Shown here one piece after another: positions 12,340-25,059 of a stretch of DNA of 64,000 bases. The notes beneath the pieces were generated by a model, which made no database searches, was not told where the DNA came from, and saw only the letters and a program-made list of their open reading frames with translations. Every line of letters starts with the position of its first letter. Position 1 is the stretch's first letter. The position numbers were made by a program, and so were the translations under genes. Source of the DNA: Lama glama (lineage: Eukaryota); NCBI GenBank assembly GCA_028534125.1, contig CM052818.1, positions 19,346,001 through 19,410,000 of the forward strand, written 5' to 3'.

Positions 12340-12480
12340 CAGGGCTAGGGCTAGGCTTTGTGGGGCTTGAAGCTTATACAGTTTAGGGACACTCTCCACA
12401 AGGAAAAAAATGTGAACACATAGCTTGGGCCTCTGTGAGGTCTGAGGCTTCTTTAGCTTGAAGATAATTCTGCCTCTAGC
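12340..12480. mobile_element. hAT-Tip100-like MITE
   Basis: Starts cagggctagggctaggctttgtggggcttgaagcttatacagttt, similar to recalled eutherian hAT MITE termini. Exact family uncertain. Confidence 0.5.
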
Positions 12481-13587
12481 TTCTGGACTCAATGCATATC
12501 TGAGCATTAATGGGAGCAGGCCAAGTTTCAAACAACCTTTCCCCCACTGCATTTTCTGGATTGGGAATTTCAGGAGCCTTCCCAGATGGTGGAGCTAAAT
12601 CACACTGTGATATACTCTGAGCAGCCCCTGCCTGGCTGTTCCTCAACTCACTCCAGGCTGGCTCTTCTCTGATCGTGATCTCTACCCTCAAGATCCTTGT
12701 GAGGCCAAAGCCAAAGCCCTCATAGTGCAGGCAGAGGAAATGTGGCCCAGAGATGGGCAGTGACTCACCTGGGGTCACACAGCCTGTTAATGGCAGAGGA
12801 AACTGGAGCCCCTGTGTTCCATGCAGATTTCTCTTTCCACCATGTCCCCTTGAGTCTAAGTCTTCTTGAAGTTATTCCTGACTGTCACCCATCTTCCATC
12901 AGAAATCTGCTGTCTTTGAAACTGGCAGTTATTTAAGCTTCTCACTGAGGAGAGCTGTATTCACTCATCACTGGCAGAACGGGTTGGCTTTGAATGTGGC
13001 TAGTGTGGACTCTTGTGGCCTCTTCCTAGCTCTTCCCTGGGGTCTGGCAGCACTGTCAAGAGGTCAGGCCTAAACAGCCTCCTCACCCTAGACTTGGCCA
13101 TAGGCTTTGCCCCCTGCACACCACCAAGAGATCCCCGGGCCCTGGCCCCTGTCCCCTGCTGTTGGCTCTGTTCCAGTTCCTGTTCCTGCTCCCCGCCTTC
13201 TCCCTAGAAGCTGACCTTCCAGGTTGACCTTGCCTCAGAATCTGACCTTCGCTTGCCTCTGGCTCACATATCTCCAGCAAATACCAGCCCGGGTACTCCC
13301 ACACCTGCTTCTCTGCCCGTCAGTGCACTGATTCAGCCAAGACAGAAATCCTACAGGTCCACTCAGAACCCCTACACTGAGGGGGCCAATTAGATGGGCT
13401 GAATGTGTGCCTGTGTGTGTGAGGAGCCCACTGTCCTTTCAGCTCTGAACCAGTCCATCCCAATGACCCTAGACTGTAGGAAAGTCAGGATTTATTGTCT
13501 TCTTGGGGACAGGGCTAACTGATGAATGGTTTCAGTTGTACCAGTGGTTAAAATACTGAAATATGTCCATATCAATGAGTAACTAAC

Positions 13588-13729
13588 AGGGGGGAGGGTA
13601 TAGCTCAGTGGTAGCGCGTGCTTAGCATGCATGAGGTCCTGGGTTCAATCACCAGTACCTCCCTTAAAAAAATAAAAAAAATAAGCTGAATTACCTGTCC
13701 CCCTGAAAAACCTCCAAACCAAACCAAAA
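13588..13729 (+). mobile_element. Camelid tRNA-Ala-derived SINE (vic-1 type)
   Basis: gggagggtatagctcagtggtag...cttagcatgcatgaggtcctgggttcaatc (A/B boxes) and A-rich tail. TSD gagtaactaac (13577-13587, 13730-13740). Confidence 0.92.
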
Positions 13730-14871
13730 GAGTAACTAACTGCAGTCCCACATCCTTGAGTGCCATCTGCTAACCCAGAGCCCCTGGCACCTCTGCCACA
13801 TCCCCTAGGACCTTCTCATGCTCCACAAGATATATAGTGGGCCCTTGGCCTAGTAGGAGTCTTCCAGGACCTTGTCCCAGTTCGAAGTCCTGTGTCTGCC
13901 CTGCCTGGCCATACTGTGATTCAATATTCTTAATATCACACCTCCTGGGGCTGACCTTGGGCCCCCTCTTCTACTACTAAATGGCCCCCTGTGGCCTTGT
14001 TTCTGACATAAGTTCCAGCCCCAGCTCCACTCTTCTCCCTGCAGTGAGTACCTGCTGACTCTGCTTGAAGGACAGGAGTCCAGACAGTTTTCTCAGGAAG
14101 GACTTTCGCAGCCCAGCTGGGTGCTGTCTGGGGCCCTGCTGTCTCTGACGATCACTCTGGAATCGACCTGAGTGACCTAAGGACTCTGTAACCACACTGG
14201 GCTCAGCTATAGCTTCTGGCACTCTCTCTCGGTTCTGCACACCTCCACACAACTGATAGGTGGTCCTGGTTCAGATTCCAGGCCTTCCTATCCTGCCCTG
14301 TTCCACTGGGATTAATTGCTATGCCATGTGTCCACATAGGCCAGGGCGGAGCAGTGAGGGGCATAGCACCTCCTCCACCACCTTTACAAGCCCCACCCCT
14401 GCACATACACCAAGGCAGCCAGCCAGCCCCTGGGCTGCAAATGACCCTTCCCTCCTGACCCCCATTCCACTGGAGCTCAGATCCCAGCCAGCAGCCAGGC
14501 AAAAAAAGCATCTGCCAGACTGAGGCTGAGAGTGGCTGAACATGCTGGTCCTCAGGCTACCTGTGCCCCTCCCACCTCACCCTCTTCAGGTTGAAAATAG
14601 GGCCTTGATAGAGAAACAGAGACTTGGAAGCACTGGTGTGGAAGATAACCGGGGGGCAGTTTTCCCATTTGATGCAGAGAACTCTCTGTTCTGCACAGAT
14701 ATAGGATAGGCCTGAGATCAGAGAATAATAAAAGAAAAAATAATAGCTAGCATTTTTTGAGTACATGGCCTAACAAAGCATTCTGTTAAGCACTTTACGA
14801 TCATTTTCTCATTTTCTTCTCCAAGGGACAGATTGCCACAGAATTTCAGATGGGTGAGATGAGGTACCCGA

Positions 14872-15501
14872 GGCAGAGGCTTCTAAATATGTAAGCCAAC
14901 ATTCCTTCTCCCTTCCTCTTTGGTAAGAGTGTCCTGATTTTATTTGAGACAGTATGGTACCCAGAGAAAAGCCTGCATTTCTCACACTCCTTTGCAGCTA
15001 TGTGATTAAGATCTGGCCAATGAGATTTCAATGGAATTGTTTAGGCTCTAGGCTTCTTTTTTTTTTTTTTTTACATTTTTATTGATTCATAATCATTTTA
15101 CAGTGTTGTGTCAAATTCCAGTGTTCAGTACAATTTTTCAGTCATACATGGACATATACACACTCATTGTCACATTTTTTTCTCTGTGATTTATCATAAC
15201 ATTTTGTGTATATTTCCCTGTGCTATACAGTGTAAAAGGAAGTGGTACTGTTTTATCCCTCCCCTTTCCTCCTTCCTGCTGCCTGGAACTCACAGGTATT
15301 GGCTGGAGTGCCAGCACCCACAGTGGAAGCCATGCATGATGGGTCAGAAAGATAGAAGGAGCCTGGATCCCCATGAAACCTTCTTAGTAGCTGAGCACAG
15401 CCTACCCATGGGCCTCTTCTATGTGAAACAATAAAAACTTATGTGTTTAAGCTACTGCAGTTTCTATTTCTGGAAGCTGAACAAAATTCCTAACTGATAC
15501 A
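14872..15501 (+). mobile_element. MaLR LTR (MLT1I/J-like), interrupted by a young L1
   Basis: gcatttctcacactcctttgcagct...tctggccaatgagat...aataaaaactta...cctaactgataca terminus. Confidence 0.8.
15057..15234 (-). mobile_element. Very young L1 3' end (camelid-like subfamily)
   Basis: Pure T-tract, then acatttttattgattcataatcattttacagtg...; identical to the copy at 59.26-59.40 kb over their shared length. Confidence 0.92.
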
Positions 15502-15523
15502 GGATCTTAGAAATCAGGGATTG

Positions 15524-16767
15524 AACAAATGGTGCAGGGAAAACTGGACTCCTCCTGCAAAAGAATGAAGCTGGCCTCTTCTCTAACACCATTACCAAAA
15601 TTAACTCAAAATAGATTAAATGTCAATGTGAGAGCTAAACTATTAAACTCTTAGAAGAAAACATAAGTGAAAAGCTTCATGACAGTGGATTTGGCAATAA
15701 TTTCTGGGACATAACTGCACAGGCACAGTCAACAAAAGGAAAAACAGACAATTTGGATTACATCAAAATTAAAAGCTTTTGTAGATCAAAGGAAACCATT
15801 AACAGAGTACTAAAAGGCAGCCCACTAAATGACAGCAAATGTTTGCAAATCACATGTTTGATAAGGCACTAATATCCAGAATATACAGAGAACTCCTAAA
15901 ACTCAATAATGGAAACCAAACAACCCAATTCAATAATGAATAGACATTTATTTCTCCAAAGAAAACACACAAATGGTCAATAAGCACATAAGATGTTCAG
16001 CATTGCTAATCATTAGGAAAATGCAAATCAAAACTATAGTGAGATACCACTTCACACCCTTTAGCATGGCTATTACCAGAAAAAAACAGAAAACAAGTTT
16101 TGGTGCAGATGTGGAAAAATTGGAACCTTTGTACATTACTGGTGGGAATGTGGCAATGGAGCAGTCACTGGAAAACGCTATGGTGGGTCCTCAAAAAATT
16201 AAACATAGAATTACCAATCAGCAATTCCACTTCTGGGTACATATACAAAAGAACTGAAAACAGGGCCTGGAAGAGATATTTTACACCCATGTTCATAGCA
16301 GCATTATTCACAATAGCCAGAAGTCAGAAGCAACCGTGTCCAATGATGGATGACTGGATAAACAAGATGTGGTATATGCATACAATAGAATTTTGTTCAG
16401 CCTTATAAGGGAAGGAAATGCTGACACACGTGACAACATGGAGGAACCCTGAAGATACTATGCTTAATGAAATAACCAGACAAAAGGACAAATACTGTGT
16501 GATTTCCTTTATATGAGAAAACTAGAGTAGTCAAATTTGTCAGAGACAGAGTAGAATGGTGGCTACCAGGGAGTCGGGAAAGGAATAACCGGGAGTTACT
16601 GTTCAAATGTCTGTGGAGTTTCAGTGTGGGACAATGAAAAAATTCTGGTATGAATAGTGATGATGGTTGCAGAACAGTGCAAAAGTACTTAATGCCACTG
16701 ATCTGTACACTTGAAAATGGTTAAAATGGAAAATTTTATATTATGTGTATTTTGCCACAATAAAAAT
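15524..16767 (+). mobile_element. L1MB-type fragment: ORF2 C-terminus remnant plus 3'UTR
   Basis: ORF fragments IIRKMQIKTIVRYHFTP and [21 protein letters not shown]...DWINKMWYMHT are L1 ORF2. Frameshifted, and ends in aataaaa. Confidence 0.92.
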
Positions 16768-19675
16768 ATTTAGTCACTAATCAATCAATTAATCAGAAAG
16801 TCCAACTTGTTGACAGATGAGCTGAGAAATTATTTGCTCTGAATCACACAGCTAGCTACTGGAGTAGCCACAAGAACCAAGCCTGGGTATCTTCCACCTG
16901 GTCCAAAGTCCTGCCCCAAGGCCCTATGTTTGGTGAAAAATGTTCCATCACCTGCCCTACCTCTGCATCCTACAAACACTTTTAATCATTTGATTACCCA
17001 CCTGGGGTTTCTACCTTGAGGTGGAACAGTTCTCTCTTCTGCAAGGGTGGGAAAGAATAGGTGGGATGGGGGCTGTGAAGTTCAGGACACGTGTTCTGAG
17101 TACTGATAAGGAAGGTAGCTGCTCTTTCTTTCACGTGGAATAAGGGATTCTGTAGGAAATTTGCCAGTGATGGATGGTCTCTTTGTCCTGCTCTAGGGCT
17201 GGTTCTGTGGTCAGAGCCTCCCCACTCTCCCTCCCTGCCCCCAGCATCCCTCTCTCCTCACACACTGCCTCTGGCCACCTGCTGCTGGGGCTTCTTGGGT
17301 ACTTGGCCTCCCGAGCTAGATTAGAGATTCTCTGAGAGCAGGGATCACATCTTCTTTGCAAATGCTACCTTCCCTCACCCCCTACCCAACCCTCACCCAG
17401 CATCTGCCAAGCATCTCTCTCAGGGCCCAGCACTCCATAGCCTCCAGGGAACTTTTGCCGGTGGCTTCACGCTCCCCAGCTCAACATATCTTGTTAAAAG
17501 ATGCACCTTGGAAATGCCTCTGATTGTTCTCTGAATAATGACAGCAATGTCCAGGAAGGCCACATCGGGGGGGGGGAGATAGTTAGGGAGAACTTGGGTG
17601 GGGCCTGGGAGTCGGCAACAGGATCAGTGCAGGGTCCACGCAGTGGGTAATGAGCAGCTGCTACAGACCCCAGGAGATGGGTCTGAAAGGCTGTCGAGGT
17701 GGTCCTGAAAGCTGTCATGTAGGAAAGAGCCAATGTCAGGGACAGGTTAAGGGGACTGACTGAGGAGGCCCATGGTCGCCTTTGTGCCCAATACTACTTC
17801 CACGTCTCTGGCCACAGGTGCAGTGGATTTCCCCCAGTCTTGTGCTGACCTTTCCTGTGTCTCCAATGCTGGAGGATGGTGGCAGGAGGAGAATAAGGGT
17901 TTTATGGGGTGTCACCTGCTCCATCACCCACAGCTCTGATCAGAGCCAGGCAACCATTCTTCTCATCCTCCTGTGCCCTGGGACTGAGTCTCGAGGCCAG
18001 AATCAATTTCCACCTTTAGGCAGAGACCTGTTTGGAGTCTTGTGAAAATGAACAGGCTCCCACCTCTCTTTCCTATACTCTTCTAACGTCTTGTCAAGAA
18101 AAACTGAAAGATTTTGAAATGGCCAAAGATCCTTGAGTGTCCTATCAGTGGAATGTCAGGCATTGTCTAGACTGTTGTCTAGACTAGAGGACCCTTTTGG
18201 AGTTGTCTGAATCTACAGGGATCTGTGCTTTTCATCATCACTGATGATGTTGCATCTCTGCAGAGACAGAAGTTAACTTACAGAGGGCTGATGCTGAGAC
18301 ATGAGATTCCTGTTCCTAGGAAGGCAAATGAACACACCAGTTCTGCATCAGTTACAAGTTCCCTCCCCGACCCATACGTGCCTACATACGTGTCTGATTT
18401 TGGATTCTCCTGTGAACACCTGTAACATCTTCCTGGTTCCCCCACTAAGTAATGAGTTAAATGAAGCCCAAGTCACATGTTCATTTTTCATTTGCAGAAG
18501 AGTCATGATTTTCCATTTAAAATAATTATCCTTTAACAGTTTTAAATACCTGTCTCATGTTTAAGCTGAAGGACTAGAGAGAGGGAGGCGAGGAGAGAGG
18601 AGGGAAGAGAGGTGGGCAGGGTCAGAGGACACATGGGAAAAGAGAAAAAAAGTCAGGAGGGGAGGCTTGAGGGCAGAGATGGGCAGAAGGAGGGGGAGGA
18701 GCAACATAACCAAGGAAGAAGCTGAAGATTCTTGTCCTGTAAACACACAAATGCTCTCCCTATGCTTGAAGGAAAAGTCTTTAAGTCAGTTCTGAGCAGC
18801 CTTCTTGGTCCCTCAGTCTGAGAGGGAAATTATTTTCTGTCTCTGTCGTTTCCCAGGTCACCAGTTATATTAAGCCAAGGTCCCTTGGTGGCTGCTGTCT
18901 ATAATTTTTCCACTCCCCACCCTTTTGAGTCAGATTGCAAAATAAGGACATTTTGAAATTTGGACTCTCAGTGATCGGGCTGAGGAGACGTGGCCCAGGA
19001 CTCGGGGGGTCCGTGGAGCGGGGCAGGGTCCTTATTGAGGGTCCTGTTTAGATCAGTAACAGAAAGGCAAGCACTGTCACCAGGTTGCTCCCAGGGGTGC
19101 TAAGACCCTAGCCTGGGCCCCTGGGGAGACCCCGCAGTGTTCCCACGCCTCCCCTGGCAGCAGGACGCAGCTGCTCCTGTGGTCCCCTGTCTGGAGTTAG
19201 AAGCAAGCTCTTTGCCCTGAAATGTCTCCATTGGCCTGGCACAGATCTGAAATGTAATTTCAGTCATCATCATTCTAACAAGTCCCTCGTCCTCAATCTG
19301 TTTTTTCCAAACTTATCTCGTGCCATACCCGCCTCGCATCCTGCATTCCAGCCGGGCTAGCCTACTTGCTACTCCCCCTGAACCAGTCAAATATTTTTAC
19401 ACCGCTGTGCCTCGCTCTTGCTCTTCTCTCGGCTTGAAATGGCTTTTCTCTCTCTCTCCACCCACTGACGTCATCCTCATGCTTTCCTCTGATTTCTAGG
19501 CAGAGTGAATTATTTCCTTCCTTGAGCCTTCAAGTGTACTTTACATACATCTGTACTTAGACCCAACACTCATCACTCTGGTTTGTAATTATTTGCCTGT
19601 CTGCCAGTCTGTTCTTCAAGAGCCAGAGCCCAGGCTTATTCATGGCCTGTCCCAGTACTTGACTTAGCACCTGGC

Positions 19676-20285
19676 ACATTCATTCAGTCATTTCACAAAT
19701 TTTTTGAGCATTGACTACATGCCAGGCTGTTTCCTACGTGACAGGGAACAAAACAGATAAAGCTCTCTGTTCTCATGGACCTTATATTCTTGTTAGGGAG
19801 GCAGACAACATACAAATAAACAGAAATAAATAATATGTCAGACTGTGATGAGTGCTATAAGAAAAATCGAGGGGGCTAAGGGTACAGCAGATAATGGAGG
19901 GTGTTAATTTGAGACAGGATGGCCAGGAAATGCCTCTCTTGATAAGGTGGCGTTTAAATACAGACCTGCAGGAGGTGATGGAGTGGGTTACGTGGATATC
20001 TGGGGAAATAGCGTTCGAGGCAGAGGGAACAGCAAGTGCAAAAGTGTAAGGTGGGACTGTATCTGGTGAGTTCAAGGAACGGCAGCAAGGGAGCTGATAT
20101 GGCCACAGGAATGAGTGATGGGAAGAGCTGTCAGAGAGGTGCTTCAAGTAGTTTGTAAGCTGCGGGGACCAGAGCACTTTGTACCTTCAGGCCGAAGTAG
20201 AAGCTTCAGTTTTACTCTAAGTGAGATGAGGGGGCCATTGCAGGGATTTGAGGAGAAGAGAGATGATCTAACTTAAGTTTATGAG
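19676..20285 (-). mobile_element. L2 LINE 3' fragment
   Basis: cattcattcagtcatttcacaaattttttgagc...tgccaggc...gcagagggaacagcaagtgcaaa are L2a hallmarks. Confidence 0.85.
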
Positions 20286-20984
20286 CATTCATGATCTCAT
20301 TTGACCTCCTGGCTACTCTTTGGAGAACAGACTGTCCCTGGTGGGTGCTCGCCAAGGTCATATGCAATGTGGGACCAGATGCAAAAGGCCCTTGAGGACA
20401 GCCTGAGCTTAACCTTGACTGGGCAGGAAATGGGAGACTTAGCTTCCTTTCCTCTAAATTCTGCTTCTCCCTCAGAGAAGTGCCCCAGCTGATGAGAATT
20501 TTCTGCCCCTGGCAACGGAATGAGCCTAGAGACCAGACAGAACTCATGGCAAAGAGAGAACCTGGCCTCCTAAACTGAGAGATACTGACTTTGCTTGTAA
20601 CCATACACCCAAAAAAGTCAAGGCAGGCTTCCTGGAGGAGGGGGTCTCAATTATCCAGTGATTAATAAAAGGCAAAGCATGGCAGGAGAAACTAGCCTTT
20701 CACAGCCCTAGCACTCCCGCAGTATGTCTGTTGGCTCTGAGTCACCTTCAGGAAGCCCGGGCAAGTGAGCACGAATGAAAGCTTAGCTGAGAGAAGGAAT
20801 AAACGGCTTTGACTACCCACTCCTTCTAAGCCCCTTCCCAGGCATACCTGGTAAATCCTCACTGTTAAAATATCCAATGAAAGTTGAAGACGTCACTACT
20901 CCACCCCTCCAAAGAATGGAATCTCTAATGGTGGAATTTCTAGCACCTGGTAAGGCTGACTCCTAACGTGCTTTAGGAGAGGGG

Positions 20985-21735
20985 ACTTCCGGAAGCGCCT
21001 GTATTTCCATTACAAAAAAGGATCCTATTCCCACTTCCTTTCTCCCTGGGAGGAACGCGGAGACCGCGGGCCGGTGGGGAGGGGCCGGGAGCTGGCGACG
21101 GGGTTCCCAGGGCGTGCCCGTCAGCCGGGTGCGGGTCCTGACCCGCAGGGGCGGTGGCGCTTGCAGTGAAGGAAGGAGCTCGGCAGGGGGCGCAGAGGAG
21201 CTGCTCGGAGTGCCCGGAGCCCCGGCTCCCCGCCCCTCCTCCCTCCCGGCCAGCTCAGCGCCCCAGCGTCCCACCGCCCCACCGCCCAGTCTCTCGCTCC
21301 GCCTCTGGACGTACATGGGCGCTTGAGGAAGCTCCTTCCTAGGCCATCCCTGAGCCACTATCAGCCCCCATCCACGGCAGCGCCTCAGCCCATTTTCCGT
21401 TTGCGCCACCATCTCCACAGCCCAGCCCCCTTTCCCCGCAATTCCTTCCCTTCCAGGTGTGGCTGGTGGGGGAGGGTGGTGGTTAGGGTGGGGCATGATC
21501 GGCAGGACATGGGCCTGGGACTCTGGACCGGGAGGATTAGAGGTTTTGTAGAAAGAAGCTGCAGGTGAGAGATAAGAGCCGATTTCACCCCCCTCCCCCA
21601 GCCCTTGCTCTTGGCCCCTGTGGTCCCAAGCCTTGGGACCCGGCACACGGGTGGGGGCCAAGAGGAGAGCCTAGGGCTCCGGAAAGGAGGGAAAGCATCT
21701 GCTCTGTCTGACTGTGCGGGACCTGGTCGCGGCCA
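20985..21735. promoter_or_regulatory. CpG island / candidate promoter of an unidentified gene or lncRNA
   Basis: Dense unmutated CpG at 21050-21410 and GC boxes (ccccgcccc, ccgccc). Palindromic ETS site cttccggaag at 20986-20995, CTCF-like tcggcagggggcgc at 21180-21193, and a strong plus-strand donor CAG|GTGAGA at 21564/21565. Confidence 0.75.
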
Positions 21736-22739
21736 GTCAGTATTTGAGTGAATGAAAGAGAAAGAAAGAAATGGAAAGTGGACTCTGTCTAAGCTTGGCT
21801 CTGGCCAGCCCTGGGCTAGCACGTTATCTCCCAGCAGGGTTTGCCCCGCTCACCTTGCTCTTTACCTGTCACCCGCAGACCATCTTTCCACACCTCACAG
21901 CATCCCTTTCACTTCCTTCCACTGCTCAAAGGTCCTCACTAGCCTCCTGATCCAAATCCCATCTCGGATTAAAAGCTCCAAACGGTCTTGCCCCAACCTA
22001 CTTCTGCTTGAATCTGCTGTCTAGCTTTTCTGAACATAACTTGAACTGTCCTTCCTCCTGGGAGTGTCCCATCCTCTTTGCTCCTTTCAGCAGCACCTTT
22101 TCTCTCACCTCCAAATGTTTCCCATCAGGGTCCAGCCTCAGCCCCCATTCCCTTCCTTCATGAGGCATTCCCTCACTTTTTCAGCCCATAGTAAGTCTTC
22201 TCAGCTCTGACCTCCTTTGGCATACACTCCTTGGCCCTTTTTTGGTACCAGTTACCTATGGTGCTTTCTCATCAAGTACTTATGTACCTATCTTTCCTCT
22301 CCCACTAAATTGTAAACTTTTGGAAGACAGGGTCCAAGTCTTATATATCTATCCCCGCCTTCAGTTCATCACACATTTATTGAGCATCTACTGTGTACCA
22401 AGTGTAGAGTCCAGCATATATGGTCCCAAAGGAGTCTAGGACACAGTCCCCCACAGTAAAGTTGGGGAGAAAGAGGACACATGGCTTGAGGGTGTGGTTA
22501 GTAGAGTGTGTGGTTCCGTCGCAGAGCACTCACTAGGAAAGTCCCAGATGACTTTCTTTGGGAGCACTCAGCATCCTGGATTAGGAAGCAGTCTCATTCT
22601 CTGAAGGTGTGTTTTCCCATTCATGCAGCACTCACTCACCCATTCCCTCATTCATTCATTTGATAAATACTTGTTGAGTTCTCACTTTATCCAGGTGACT
22701 CAGAACTGGTCATAGATACTACAGCCCCAGAGCTGGCAG

Positions 22740-22741
<2 letters not shown>

Positions 22742-22793
<52 letters not shown>
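22742..22793. repeat. Perfect (GT)26 microsatellite
   Basis: Direct reading. Confidence 0.97.
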
Positions 22794-22794
<1 letters not shown>

Positions 22795-24865
22795 GGGGAG
22801 GACTAGGAACTTGAAAATCTTTTGGCGTGAGTTGCTTCTTTGTCAGTTCCTGTTCATAAGTCCGTGCTGGAAATGGTCTTGGGAAAGTCTGGGTGGGTGT
22901 GGCAAGAGCAGGAGAACCTGGAATTTCACAGAGGGAAAGAGGATATTTAGCCTTTCCTGAGGGTGAGGTGCCCAGACTTTGCCTTACAGTTCACTTTGAA
23001 ACAGCTTTACTCTGCCAGAGAGCATGTTCACTTCAAAGTCCTTTCCTCCATGATCATTTGAGGTTTTCCAAACAGCCCTCTGAGGTTAGGTCCATTTGCC
23101 AGATAAAAAACAGGCTAGGAGATTTAAGGTTCCCCCAATATCACATCACTGTGCTGGGCAGGGGTGGGTCTAGACCAGGTTACTCACATCGTGGTTTCCT
23201 CAGCTTCATTGTAGGGGGCTGTGTCCTGGACACTTGGGGACTGAATATATTAGACCTCACACCTGCTTAACCTGCTCCATCTGTAGGTACACCCAGGCCT
23301 GTTGAACCAGTCAGAGGAGAGAAATCTCTCAATATGGCTCCCCCAAATGGAGGCAGGTTCTTGGAATAGAACATTTTTAATTTTAGATCAAAGTGATGGC
23401 CCCCATATATCTGGCCACTAGCCGCTCTCCATTTCTCATTCAGAAATTCAGTGGTAACTACCAAATCCTAACTCCAGTTGACTTTCAAACTCTAATTTTA
23501 ATACCCAGATTCTAACCACTCATCTAAATCATTCATTCCCTAATTCTAACTAGAATATATTACACCACCCCTAAAGGCTACTCAGCCCCTCTCAGATCCT
23601 CCCTGGCAGCCTGACAACCTAGAGCAAGAAGGGCCAAAATGAGGGCTCAAGCAGCCAGGGAGGAGCTGGTCACACCATGAATTTGTCTTTGTTATGAAAG
23701 TGCCCTTTTCCCTCCCCAGGTACCCAGGACTTCATGTTATTCCCCAGGCCCTCCTAGAAAGGGGTGGGGGGGGGGCAGGAATTAGGGTGTTAAACCTTCT
23801 AGAGATTTCTGAAAGGCCAAAACCAGGAAAAGCTAACCAAAAGAGATGAAGCATGAATATAGAATTCCAGACATTCAGGCATTCATTCATTCATTCAACA
23901 AACATTATATGAACAACTAAAAGTACTAGGGCACAGAGGCAAGCTGTGATTCAGATACAGTTCTTGCCCTCAGGCACCTTGCTATCTAGACAAACTGACT
24001 TTTCTGAGCACTTAAATGAGTTAGGAACCTGTGTGAGGTAGTTTTCCATGTTATAGTTAATTTAATTACTACAATCCTATAGCAAAGGAATTATTCCATT
24101 ATTCCATTTTGTGGATGAAGGAACTGAGGTTCAGCGACAGTAAAGTGCAAATCCCAAGACTGAAAGGCTAAGCCCTTTATCCTGCATTGTATCTGGGTGG
24201 GGCAAGGGAAGGAAGTTTTCCAGTAACCCTGACTTCTGTCCCTGAGTCAGGTTGCCTCCTGCACCACCTAGTCCGGGGCAGCAAGTGTGGAACCAGATGA
24301 TTGGGCCAGATTCTCTCCAAGGCTCTACCCACCTCTGCTAAGCCTAGCCTATCAGATTGCAGGCCCTGGAGGCAGGGCCAGAGGATATTAGAATGGTCGC
24401 CTTGTGTCAGTGGAGGGTCAGAGCCCAGGCCTGGGGAGTTCAACTTGTTGGTTACTGTTCTTTCACTTGGTATCCACTTCTACCCGTTTCCTTGTTGACC
24501 ACCAGGGTTCCACCGGGGTTGACCACCAGGATTCCAAGCCATTGGACAGTCATGGCTTGCTCTGGCTTCCCATTGAAGTCTTGGTCAGACTAGATTTGTG
24601 CACAAAGCACGAAGCCCTGCCTTAGAGAAAGCAATTCTCGTTGCACATTATGACCATCATAAAATAATGCTATTTAGTTAATTGGTGTGTTAGGCAGCTA
24701 TTTTGTCCAGCTTATGGAGAAGAATGACCCCTGCTTTTGTGGTGCTTACAACGCGGTTATTAAAAAAAAATAGAAATTGTCATAAACAGAGTATTATAAT
24801 ACTAGATCACATCATAGAGCACTAACTGCATGCCAGGTGCTGCAGCTTTTAACAAGGACTATCTT

Positions 24866-24952
24866 GGGGATGGGTGTAGATCAGTGGTAGAGTGCCAGCT
24901 TAGCATGCATGAAGTCCTGGGTTCAACCCCCAGTACCTCCATTAAAAAAAAA
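24866..24952 (+). mobile_element. Camelid tRNA-Ala-derived SINE (vic-1 type, short form)
   Basis: tRNA-Ala-like body plus poly(A). TSD aaggactatctt (24854-24865, 24953-24964). Confidence 0.92.
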
Positions 24953-25059
24953 AAGGACTATCTTATTTAATGCACAGTAACGTGAGCGTGCGTCACAACA
25001 GCTTTTCTCCTGCAACATATAACAGAGGTGGGAAGAGCTAGGGGGGGATAGCATCAGAA

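Noticed and set aside
13588..13665. tRNA-Ala(AGC)-like gene (also at 24866 and 29431)
   Set aside because: A-rich tails, TSDs and broken stems show these are SINE retrocopies, not tRNA genes.
20963..21661. 232-aa minus-strand ORF and overlapping ORFs
   Set aside because: Low-complexity Pro/Gly/Ala sequence, as expected from stop-poor CpG-island DNA. No recognisable domain.
24494..24536. 19-bp direct repeat with 24-bp period (similar small duplication at 4822-4857)
   Set aside because: Only two copies. Ordinary slippage duplication, not a CRISPR or functional array.
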